Notes under the pieces: model-generated
Database searches by the model: none
Seen by the model: the letters and a program-made list of their open reading frames with translations, nothing else
What the model was told of the DNA's origin: nothing
Shown here: one piece after another, positions 49,280 to 61,200 of the stretch
How the letters are laid out: the number at the start of each line of letters is the position of its first letter
Numbering within the stretch: position 1 is the stretch's first letter
Program-made: the position numbers and the translations under genes
Origin: Klebsormidium nitens
Lineage: Eukaryota; Plantae; Klebsormidiophyceae
Assembly: GCA_000708835.1 (NCBI GenBank)
Contig: DF237183.1
Coordinates: forward strand, 1-64,000
Direction: 5' to 3'
DNA: 64,000 nucleotides

Positions 49280-52200
49280 ATGGCGACAGCTGGCGCTGAC
49301 AACCCCAGCCACTTTGATGCTGTCTCCCCATATGGAGCAGTCCCACCCCCTACTTCACACTTTGATGCTGGCTCGCCAATGGTGGCTCAGGTGAGGCCGC
49401 CATAGCCCTCTGCAAGTGCTCATGTAAGCGAAAAGCTGGCTGGCACCACAATAGGTTCACGCTTTATACAACTGTCTCCTTTGCAGTGTCACAGGGACCA
49501 AATTTCTGGATATATTGCTGGCGATGCATGAAAGGGAACGTAGAGTCCCACTGCCTGATATGCTTCATTGAGATAGGTAGGCTGACCCTGATTGGGCGGA
49601 AGCAACCTGGGTTTACTGACTCAGAGGGAGGGAGTCTTGCAAGAGAAAGGTCTATCCTCATGCAACAAGAAACCTTCTCGCAGATGTCGGTGCCATCCAA
49701 CGTGTACCGGACTGCTAGCAACATGCGCCCCAGCGACAAGCCTCCCCGGGGCGCGGTGCTGTCTCCTGCCACCAGCAATGCCGCCGAACTCAGCTCACAA
49801 GATGGGGGGGAGTACAACGACCAGAGAACGGACCCCGCCTCGCCGTCCTCGGTGCCCTCAACGCACAGGTATGGAGCGCTGAGCTGGCACTGTACTCTTT
49901 GTGTCTTGCCTTGCTGATTGCGACTGAGAAGGTTAGTCCTAGCTGACAGCTGTCTGTCAACTTCTATCAGTTCTCTTCCGATCATGGAAATGCGAGGCGG
50001 ACTACTGTAGAACCGGCATGTTTCAAGAAGTTTTGACCGAGACTCAGACTTACGGACAAGAAAGGATAAGAGCTCGGTGCACTCCTGACTGCAACACCAA
50101 GCTACCTGAAAGTCAGGGAGTGTATCAACCCCACCCAATTTCCACTCGCAACCTTGATAATCAGCAGATGAAAAGTCGCTGCAAACACACCCTCGAGCAG
50201 TCGTTCAAAGAGTTCAATGTTGACAGCTGCCTTGTAAGCATCCCCTCCGGCCCTTTTGCAGGACCCTGAGCCGCCTCTCCAAGGGGGACGCCGTCCAGCG
50301 CATGAGCAGTCTGCACAGCACCCCCCTGAGCCGTCTGGGCAGCCTCGCCCGGGACCCCGAGGGCCGCATGCAGCTCGGGCGCATGGCCAGCCTGGGGACC
50401 ATTCCCGCAGGTGAGCCGAGCTTGGCAGTTTCCAGTTGCAGATCTGTTATGAAGCTTCTGTTTGGTACTCGAAGCCAAGGTCTGCAACCTCGTGGATTCG
50501 CAGAGTTAGCCTGTTGGTAAGTTTCATTCACCTTGTTTGGTCGGTACTTGCTCGACCACTCCAAGAACAGCCTTCGGTTTACAGCTTCCGGTTTGCAAGA
50601 GAGTGTTCAGCAGACTAAAGAACAGGGACCTGACAAATGGAGCTGCTTTGTTGATGACCAAGCTACTACTAAAGCTTGATTGAAGGTATTGGCCATGCTC
50701 GACGGCATTCCAATACTGTTTCCGAGCAGGAACGGACTGTTTGCGGAATTTCCAGAGCCAATGAAAGCTAACCACACTCTCAACAAGGCATGTTCAACTC
50801 CTAAACAAGACCTTTCAATCGTGTTTCCAGGCGCGCTCGATTTGGAGGGCCCCGCCGCGCTGACGTCGATGGGGTCTGGCACGAGCGAGAGCGACCTGGA
50901 CTCCCCAGTGGAGGGCAAGGCGCTGAGCCGCATCAAGACGCGGACCGGGCTGGGGGGACAGCTGGCATACGGCGACAAGAGCAAGCATGCGGTGCAAGAC
51001 TACACGGAAGCGCTCGCCGAAAACGTGAGGACCACTAATCTGGATAGCTTCTCCGTTGGCAAGACCTAGTATTAAAGCTGAACAAACGACGCGTTCTGAG
51101 CTGCTCTGAGCTTCGAATAAAGTTTCAAGACCACATGTGTAGCTCTCTACTAGGTTGAACGTTTTTTGGGCTCAGTTCGCAGATTGGATGATAATCTGCC
51201 TTGAATTGTCGGTATCCCCTTTCAAGCGGTCCTGTGAGCTTACAATTGTTGACCGAGACTTGTTGCCGGGAAAGTGGGCTGCTGGGAATCAAAATACTTG
51301 CCCTGTCATTCCTCCTTGCCATCCCCAAAAGTCGGCCGTCAGATCCTCCCTCTCCCTCGCCCGCATAGAGCGATGGACGACGCCTCGACCTTCTGTTTGA
51401 AGTTCCTCGAGCGGTCGCCCTGAGGCGTTCCAAGCCTTGACGCTAGCGAAACCATCGCTAAAGCTTCTCTTAACCCCTCTTTCTCCTGTAGGGCGACCAG
51501 TACGGCGACCCGAACAAGATCCCCGTGTGCAACATGTGTGGTGACACGGTCGCCGACGATCCCGACGGCTTCGTCCCCTGCGAGTGCTCCTTCCGCCTGT
51601 GCGCCACGTGTCTCGAGCACGTCAAGAGCTACGAGGGCAACAAGTGCCCCGGCTGCCGCAGCCAGCTGCGCGACAAGGACAACTGTGAGTGGATTAACCC
51701 CCGGGTTAGGCGTTGGGCTAGGCGGTGCGGTTCGACGAACCGCTTTGGGGGTACTGTCGCTCTTCTCTGCTTGCTTCTTCTACCAACCAGCTCTGCGAGG
51801 ACAGCTGTAACTGGATTAGACTCTGAGGTTAGGTGCCATGTTAATTTAGGATCAAAACCAGAGAGGCGCCTACTTTGTTGATTTTTGTGTTTCCGGGCAA
51901 GCACCGTGGGCGGCTATGAACCGGGTTCGGGGAGAATTTTGCTGAGGCCGTTGACCCAACAAAGTGATCTCTCTGCACACTTGCGTTGGCGTTTGGTTTC
52001 TGAACAGGTCAACCTCCTAGTACCAATATATCGAGCAGGTTGGCCGATGCCGATGTTGGTTGGTTGTATATACAAGCAGCAAAAGAAAGGGTGCATAAGG
52101 ATGCGTTGGAGAATCGGAAGCATCTCTACCAACGAAAGAAACAAATGCGAGTGAAAGTTCGAAGCTGCTTTCTGCATCTCGCAGGGCTGGCGATGCGGGC

Positions 52201-55200
52201 GTAGTACCACGAAGAAAGGAAACATATGACTGTGCGTTTAAGCACAACCGAAAGCATCTCAACCAAGGAAAGCGAACGTTACAAAAAAAGGAATGCTCAA
52301 AGCGGGTCTCTGCCTCTCGCAGAGCTGGCGATGCAGGCGTACTCCCACGAGGAAAGGAAAGAGCTGTTGATAGTGCGTTCAATGACATCTTGATCAAAGG
52401 AAAGAGACTGCTGCAAACAAACAAGAATCTGAAAACAAATCTTGGTCGCCGCGCGCAGGGCTGGCGATGCAGGAGTACTACCACGAGGAGGGCGACACGC
52501 CGCGCATGCTGAAGAAGAACGTCAGCGACGTGCGCATGCTCACCGCGCCGCCCAGCAAGCGCGTCAAGACCATCGACGAAGAAAGCGGGGCCATCACCGT
52601 GACCGTCAACGCAGGTGAGGCGCAACGTCAATTCTTTTGTAGTTTCTTGGTTGTATCAAACTGGTAGAAGCAAGCGTTAACCTTCTTGAAGCCTTTGCAC
52701 AGCGCTTTGCGTTAGCCTTGCCACACCAGTTTCGAGCTCCAAGGCATGGTCCCAAATTCTAGAGCCGTCGGATGCCTCTCGATTGCCAATTGTAACGTCC
52801 AAGATCAGGAATCTTGTCCGAGACTTTGGAAAACGGATGGCAAGTTTGACGCCGATAGCTGTAGGTATATTGACTGAATCGCAGGGCAGCTTCGGATGCA
52901 GCCTTTTGTCGTAGTCACTGAATCGTTCGTCTTTGATCAAGCTGAGAATGCTCATCTGCAAACCCAAGCCTCGATTCTGGCAACTTCTCGTGGGAATCGC
53001 GCATTGAGACGTTACACGTGACCACCTGTCTCATCCCGCTGACGTAATCTTGCCTCGGCGCTGACGTCTCCGTCTGGCCGGTTGTGCAGAGATGGTCCCG
53101 GTGAACCTCGCCGACTACGGGTACGGCAGCGTTGCCTGGGAGACGCCTCCCGACAAGTCGCCCGAGAGGGCCGTGCCCAAGTAAGCGCGCGCGCACGCCC
53201 TTTCTTTCTCCTTTTTCATCTCCTCTCTCTGACTATTTCATCTTCTCTCTCCAACAATCTGCATCAACTTGAATCTATCTTGTTAGAAATCTGGTAGATT
53301 CGTTCAGGACCTGCTGTCACAAGGTGAACACCTTCTGTCAGAACGTTTCAGCGACACGGGTTGCACAAGCCCCGCAGATCGGCGTGTCCTTCCAAGCGAA
53401 AGTGCCACCTTCCTTCGTTCTTTATTCCAGATTTCAATCACTCCGCACATCCAACTCCTGGTTTCCGTTCCGCGTGCAGGGCTGACATCACCAAGAAGGG
53501 CCTCTTCCGTACGGTCCACGTGGACGGCAGCAAGCTGGGGCCGTACCGGTACGCACCGCAGCCCTGCCACGCACGTTCGCTTTCAGATTTTCTTGCTTTT
53601 CTACGGCGACGGCTCCTTGCTAGACGAATAACCGAACATGCTCAAACTTACCAAGGGCCGTGAGCAAAGTGTCACTTTGGTTCGAAGCCCACCTGAATGG
53701 CTGAAGACCGAATTTTAGAGAACCTTCACGTTTCTACAGCTGGTGTTCAAGCGACGGTCGGATGCGCATTCATTGCAACAAGATTCTCTGTGAAGATGAA
53801 TTTTGCTCAGAGCTCACAAGATGCCTTGCCCAAAGCTTTTCACAGCTGGAAATCGTGTTCTCAAACCATTCAAAGGTCTCATTGATTTACGAAAACTCCG
53901 AATCTTGCAGGATCTTCACATTTTTGCGGCTGGTGTTCACGGCGATGTTCCTGTACTGGCGGTGCACGCACCCCACGACGCAGGGCTACTGGCTCTGGGT
54001 CTGCTCCATTTTCGCAGAAGTCTGGTGAGCCACGTCATTTTGACGTCATATACTTTTCCTTTGCGTCACTTTCAGTCCGCATCACGCGACTCCAAGTTCG
54101 CTCGGATTTTGAGCCCCTGTCGTGGATTCAAACTGCTGTCAGCATCCCATTCTTGGGCTAGCTTAGTTGAATATCTCTATTCGTTGGATGATTCGAGGAT
54201 TTGACGCATCAGCCAATGGCGATCGACGGATTTCACGCATCAGCTATCACTTTTTACCCTAGTATTGGAATTTTCAAGAGTCCCACATCCACCTCCTTTC
54301 AAAGCCGAGAATAGCCTTTCCCTTCCAAGCAGCCCTATCTCACGATGCGCCTTCTTGTTTGTGTGACGTGATGCTCATCTCATCCGCCCTCCGCCTCCTC
54401 AGGTTCTTCTTCTCTTGGATCTTGGATACGCTTCCCAAGCTGTCCCCAGTGGACCGGGAGACCTACAAGGACCGCCTCCGGGCCATGTAAGCCAATGGAC
54501 GACCATTTTATCTTCCTAAGCTCTCAAAATGTCTGCTTCGCGGGGAAGACAAACAGCGGAGAGGTAGGCCAAAAAGGCGAGGAAAAGGAGCAACGCGTGA
54601 AGCAGATCACTTCTTGAATGGGGATTCAAAGTACTCGAATAAAACACGCTTGAAAGCGGACTAGGAACGTTGTCCTTGATTTGCCTGGTCAGAGTCATTC
54701 TCAGTCGCCTCATGGATTTTGCCGGACCTAAGCAGTCTCCGGATATGGACTTGCACCAACTTATTTTTAAAAAATTGTCCTCTTCCTGTACCCTTTCATG
54801 GTCGCAAACTAATTCTTGCTTTCAATGTACAATAGTAGTCCTCTCGGTTGATCTCTTGGCCTTCCGCTTTTCCGCTGACCCTTTTCCGTTCGTTCCGCCC
54901 AGCTACGACGAGGGCGGCGAGAAGCTGCCGCAGGTGGACGTGTTCATCACGACCGCTGACGTCACCAAGGAGCCGCCGCTGACGACAGCGCAGACGATCC
55001 TGTCGGTGCTGTCGGTGGACTACCCGACGACCAAGCTGGCGTGCTACCTCTCGGATGACGGCTCTGCCAAGCTCATGTTTGACGTCATGGCCGAAACCGC
55101 CGGATACGCCAGGTGGGCGCCACGTGGAGTGCTCTGATTTGCAGACCTTTGTTTTAAGCTGCCGTCTAAAGCTTGAAGTTGGGTTCGTCCAGTTGCTCAG

Positions 55201-58200
55201 CTGCTGCTGGCCAGACAGGTGACATCTAGGACTGGATGCTTGCCCTGATTGACGCAATCCGCGAAAGCTGACCACAGCTCTACCTAAAGCAAGATATTTT
55301 GTAACGCTTTTGCTTGCTTTCATCACAGTTTTTGAAGACCAACTGTGTAAAGGAGCGTTCCCGCAGACTCTTTCGATCACTCTTTCTCCAAATTCCTGTC
55401 AAAGGCCTCAGGTTTCGAAGGCACAGTTTCTGTGTTTTTCAGCTTCTGACACGTGTCCTGCCCGCAGGCTGTGGGTGCCGTTCTGCAAGAAGTACAACAT
55501 CGAGCCGCGCAACCCGGAGCAGTACTTTGGCCAGAACATCGACTTCACCGCCAAGCAGATCCAGGCAGACTTTGTCAAGAGCAGGAGAAAGGTCAAGGTG
55601 AGGGGTCGGCTGCATCTGACGAATCCAATGCGGGAAAAGAGTCAAGAGTTGCTATTCTCGAGATTGATCAAGAATAGGCCAAAGCTGGGGTATTCAATCT
55701 CCACGTTCTCAACAACCGAAACGACACACAGCCCAGAAATGTACAATATTGGTTGATCAAGATCTGTGTACGTATCAGCATGATGTGAGGAAATGTACTC
55801 CAAGATTGATTTCATTGACAGGAAACTCTACGAAACGGGAGACATCCACCAGCCCAGTTTCAGGAGCTTTGGAACATTACGAACGCAGAAAGCGCAGCTT
55901 GCTCACGCGAAAGCAACCGGCCAGCCGCAAAACCGTTGATTTTCCTTGCATTGTTGCGTCATTAGAATTGGTTTCTTTTCCTTCCAGCGCGAGTACGAGG
56001 AGTTCAAGGTGCGCGTGAACGCGCTCGTAGCGGCGTCGCGGCACCCCCCCCCGGACGGCTGGAAGATGCGCGACGGCACGCCCTGGCCCGGGAACAACCG
56101 CAGGAACCACGACGGGATTATCCAGGTAGGGGCGTTCGCGCCTATTCCCTTGATTGATGGATGTTACCTTTGCTGTTGAGGACTCTTGGGAAGCAGCTAA
56201 AAGCGACTTCGGGCGGAATGTTGCTGCAAAAGAACGACTGTGGCTGACATGAATCTTACACTTCAAGAAGTCTTTTTGGAAGTTGCTTGTATCCTAGAAT
56301 TAAGAAGAGGCTCAACCCGAGGCTCCCCCCGGAAGCGCGATTAGTTGGTCTGAACTGCATGTTGTTAGAGGAGATTTTCAAACGCGCAATAAGCTTTCTG
56401 ATCGCGCACTAAACCCCCCGCGCGCGCGCAGGTGTTTCTGCACCCCGACGGCGACGTGCGCGACGTGGAGGGCAATTTCCTGCCGCCCCTAGTTTACGTG
56501 TCCCGGGAGAAGCGGCCGGGGATCGACCACAACAAGAAGGCGGGCGCCATGAACGCGCTCCTGCGCGCGAGCGGGCTGATCACCAACGGGCAGTTCATCT
56601 TCAACCTCGACTGCGACCACTACGTCAACAACTGCGAGGCCGTCCGTGACGTGAGCGCCTGACGTCACGGGCTCCCTTGTGACTTGTGGCGTCACGTGTT
56701 GGAGCTGCGCGAGTGACTCTGACTGTTCATGTCTAGTACATTTCAGCGCGAACTGGGGTCAAAACAGCGTGGAAAGCCTGTCAAAAATGTTAAAATTTGA
56801 GTGCCTTTACGGCTTCTTCCTCTGTCCATGTTCCTTGTCGACTGCTCGCCCTCTTTCAACACCATCGAACCGGGATAGTGAGAATCTTAATTTCATTTGC
56901 GAGTCTTGACGCTTCCGCCAAGCGATTCTTGTCGGATATCCAACGGCCCCATTAAACAGAGCCGAGTGAAGGACTGGAAAATCAATCAGTCACTCTTCAC
57001 TCTCCAAGCAGCAGTTAAGGGACCAGAAAGATTCACGCCGTAGTGCAAGTACTTTAAGCAGAGACTGTTAAGCCCACCAAACCAGCACGAGTTCAAGGAT
57101 GATGAATCTCTCTAGTGGTATTCAGCAGGACTTTTCAAGCGGCACTGTTTTAAGTTGCCCTGACGACCTTTTTTCATCTCGCAGGCGCTGTGCTTCTTCC
57201 TGGACCCCATCAAGGGCGGCAACGTCGGCTTCGTGCAGTTCCCGCAGCGATTCGACGGCATCGACAGGAGCGACCGCTGGGCCAACAGGAACGAGGTCTT
57301 CTTCGACGTAAGCGCTCGCTCATCTTCACTATCCTGCTGACGTCAGGGTTCTCGCTAGAGTCTCTTCAAGAGTATCTTCAGGAGTCTCTTCAGGGGTTTT
57401 GCGTCTGCTGGTGTTCCAGACGCCGAAAGCAAGATGCCTCGTTGAGACACGACGATATAAAGGAGCCATGCTTCGATCTTGATTTGATGATGCAAAACCC
57501 GGCACTCCCCTTTCCCTCTCGACCGGCTTTTTCACCATAGTTGTTGGATAGTTTTCTTACCTAGCCACAGGCGTATACCCCATGAATTGACGGTATCTTG
57601 ATGCACTTTCCAGTTTCAGAAGACTCCGCTTTCCTTTGGAGATCCATTTTTTCGCTTTCCTTCAAAGACATCCAAAGACAAACGCCACAACTTTCTGACG
57701 TGAGCTGTTCTCGTTGCAGGTAAACATGAAGGGGTTGGATGGCCAGCAAGGGCCCGTGTACGTTGGCACCGGGTGCTTCTTCCGGAGAAAAGTGAGCGCG
57801 CTTCTTCTCTCCGAGACACAGACAATCTTGCTGCACATACACAGAACGTCTCCCACTTCGGTTTCAGTATTTCTTGCAAACGAGAAGTCAATGTTGCGAT
57901 TTACCATTGTGGGCGTTGTACGGCTAAACCCCACCACCGCGAAAGTCCAAGAGTAAGGCAACCGATACAGTGTCCAAAGTACAAACGGTGATTCCACCAT
58001 TTTAGATTCGAGACCTGATGCTGACGTCACCGCCTTATTTCCTCCCCGCAGGCGTTGTACGGGTACTACCCCGCGAACGCGCGCAGCCGGAGCGACGAGG
58101 AGAGCGAGGGCGGGTGCTGCTTCGGGCTGTGCTGCTGCTGCGGGGGATCCCGCAAGAAGAAGCACGCGAGCAAGCCGGGGGCCGTCACCGCCGTCGCGGC

Positions 58201-61200
58201 CGCGGACGTTCTCACCGACGAAGGTGCGCGCGCGGGGTTTTTAGGGGTTTTTAGGGCTTTTCGAGATACCGTGCGCTCTGTTTTCAATGGGCTGATGATC
58301 GGTTCTTTGTTGCTTTCTTTTCCACGTGACTAGCATAGACTCTACTTGGGTTTTGCCATAATTGGTGAGGCAGAGCTGGGGGTGTGGAATGCTTTCAGGC
58401 TGAGACAAACGCTAGAGAATCAAATCAAGGTGCAACAATTGTCGAAGGCATGAATACGGGATCTCATGTGCGAGCATCGGGATCCTGGTGTGACCGGCTG
58501 CGTTTATGTAAACTCTCGATTATCTTTATTTGATGGTCTACATCGTCTGACGTGCACTCCCTCCGACTTCGTGCAGAGGCCGCCAACCTGGTGAAGGTCC
58601 CGCGCACGAACAAGTACCGCCTGGGGATGTGCGCGCACTTCATCGACACCGCCCAGGAGGATGACTCCATCCCCGTGCAGCCGGTGAGCCAATCTGTCCA
58701 TTCTACTAGAAAGAAGACCTTAGAGATGCAAGCTTCTTAATCTGGCGAATAGTCAGGTCCGAGTATTCCAATCGAACTTCGGATCAAGTCCAAAACATGA
58801 GCACGAAAATGCTTTCTTGAAACACATCTTTCTCAGAAGTATGATAGGTCAGCTGCAATGAAACGTACTCTCCTTTTCATATATTTGGTCCTGCGATCAT
58901 GCGATCCAGACGTGTTGACTGACACTTTTAAGCTTACATTTCCATTTGTCAACGCTGCGCTTTTAGCAATAGACTGACCGTCGAACGTACTTCCCGCCGT
59001 TGCAGCTGAGCCCGCGTTCGATGCTGAGCGACGTGGTGCTGGCCATCTCGTGCGACTACGAGGAGCAGACGGACTGGGGCGACAAGATCGGGTGGATGTA
59101 CGGCTCCATCACGGAGGATATTCTCACCGGCCTGCGCATTCACACCCGCGGCTGGATCTCCATCTACTGCAACCCCGAGCGGGCCGCCTTCAAGGTGCGC
59201 CGGATAAGACCCATGTTTCATCATCCTTCATTATCTGGAATGAGACTGGGAGAGCGTCTTTTTCGGCGGCAACAAGTTAACATATCTCTTTGGATACTCA
59301 AGTGTTTTTTGACTTCTTTTCAAGCCTCGTTGTCGACGAAGAAGTCCTTTAGAATCCTTGGTTCAGCAACAAATATTCAGAGGAGCAATGCCTTTTGAAC
59401 ATCTGCAGAGCTCTCTGTGATCGCACATACCAGTATCTCGGCATCAATAAGATATAGCTTCGCCCCCCTTCGCTCTCCACAACGGAGACGGCTGATTGAT
59501 CCAGCCATCTGAAGTACCTTCTTTGACGCGCCAGCACCCGCGCGCCATCTCAATTACTCTTTTCAAGCCAGTAAAAGCGTCCAAGGCGTTTACTGCACGC
59601 GGGCTTCGATCGTTATCCTATTCTCCTGTACAAAATATCTCCCTTTTCTGCGTCCTGTCTAACGAAAAGGCAGCGCTTCAATCATGTCAAGAAACCGCAC
59701 CCAAATTCTTCGATGACCTCATCTCTGACTCCGCTGCCGTTCCGTTTCCGTGCAGGGCAGCGCTCCGCTGAACATGACGGACCGGCTGGTCCAGGTGCTG
59801 CGGTGGGGCACGGGCGCGGTGGAGATTTTCTTCAGCAAGCGCAACCCGGCGTGGACCATGTGGAACACCGAGCTCATGCTGCGCCAGCGCATCGCGTGAG
59901 CCCCGCCGCCGCCTCTACTTTACAACCTCGTATTTCTAGAAGAAAAAGGGAAAAAGAAAGTTGTCTTTTGGATAATTCGCGCGTATTTTTGGTAAAAGGA
60001 GACTGCCGGTCGCTCTCTTTGTGCGTGGAGCTCATGCTGCGCCAGCGCATCGCGTGAGCCCCGCCGCCCGCTCTAGTTACATCTCCCATTGTCTCTTTAA
60101 TCAATTGGCCCTTTTATTTGGGAAGAGGTGAGTCGCTCTTTGGTGAGTCGAGCTCATGTCGCTCCAGCGTATCGCATGAGCGCGCCGCCCGCTCTGGTTG
60201 CTCAATGCTTGGCTTTTTGGAAAAGAGCCTTTGCTTCGCTTGGTCAAATGGAATACTTACCACTCGTTCCGCTCTTCCCCGCAGTTACGCCACCAACTCG
60301 TTCTACCCGTTCACCAGCATTGCGCTGTTTGTGTACTGCCTCCTCGCGCCGCTCTCGCTGCTCACCAACCTCTTCTTCGTGCCCACGGTGAGCGCACCCG
60401 TCCCTCACCCGAATCTTAGCTCATCTATTTGTCTGGGTGTCTGCTTGGTTACCGCTTCCGCTACGCTTTCGTGTGCGACGCTTTTGAGATACCAAAGTCA
60501 ATAGGCGGTCTCTTACTTACCTTGTTGCCAATTGATATTGGCAGCCAGATTTGGTACGACGACTCTTCTACGAGCCGCCTCGCTTCAAGCTCTAGGATCC
60601 GTTTTGGAAATCTGCGTTTAGTGAAGTCCGGTGATCGGGCCACACACAGTGCTATTCCTGAATTGCGGAGAGAAGGTCGCTTGGGAATGCATGGAGGTGG
60701 ATGAAGCAAAGTTGCCCAAGTACAGGTGACTTGATCAGCATTTCCGACTGTGCAATCGCTGAGATTTGCCCGCCGAGTAAGCTGGTTGATCCACTTCCAA
60801 ACCTCTCGGTTTGCGCGGACTTCAAGGGTACGTCGACTATCTGACTGCTCTAAGACTCCCACGCTTCTTTTCTTTGCAGCTGGACCGTTACGCGACGGTC
60901 TGCTTCGTGGGACTGATCGGCAGTTTCTTGGCGTGCTCCATCTGCGAGCTCCGCTGGAGCAAGGTCTCCTTTGAGGCCTGGTGGCGGAACGAGCAGTTCT
61001 GGGTTATCGCCGGAACCAGCGCGCATCTTGCCGCCGTGCTCCAGGTGCGTTAACCAAACCCAGACTTCTCAAACCCTGATCTTTACAAAGCCTGGTCGCC
61101 GGAAAACTTGCATCGAGTCTTCAGCAGAAGCGGCGTCAACCTCTCTGCTTTGCGAGAAACGATTGTATCGAAGGGTGTCTGCTTTTTCTGGGACCTCAGC

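Noticed and set aside
49464-50138. 224-aa minus-strand ORF
   Set aside because: It is antisense to CESA exon 2 and has no domain signal.
52119-52500. CRISPR-like interpretation of the spaced repeats (also 12043-12255)
   Set aside because: The context is eukaryotic, the repeats are exon-derived and diverged, the spacers resemble each other, and there are no cas genes.
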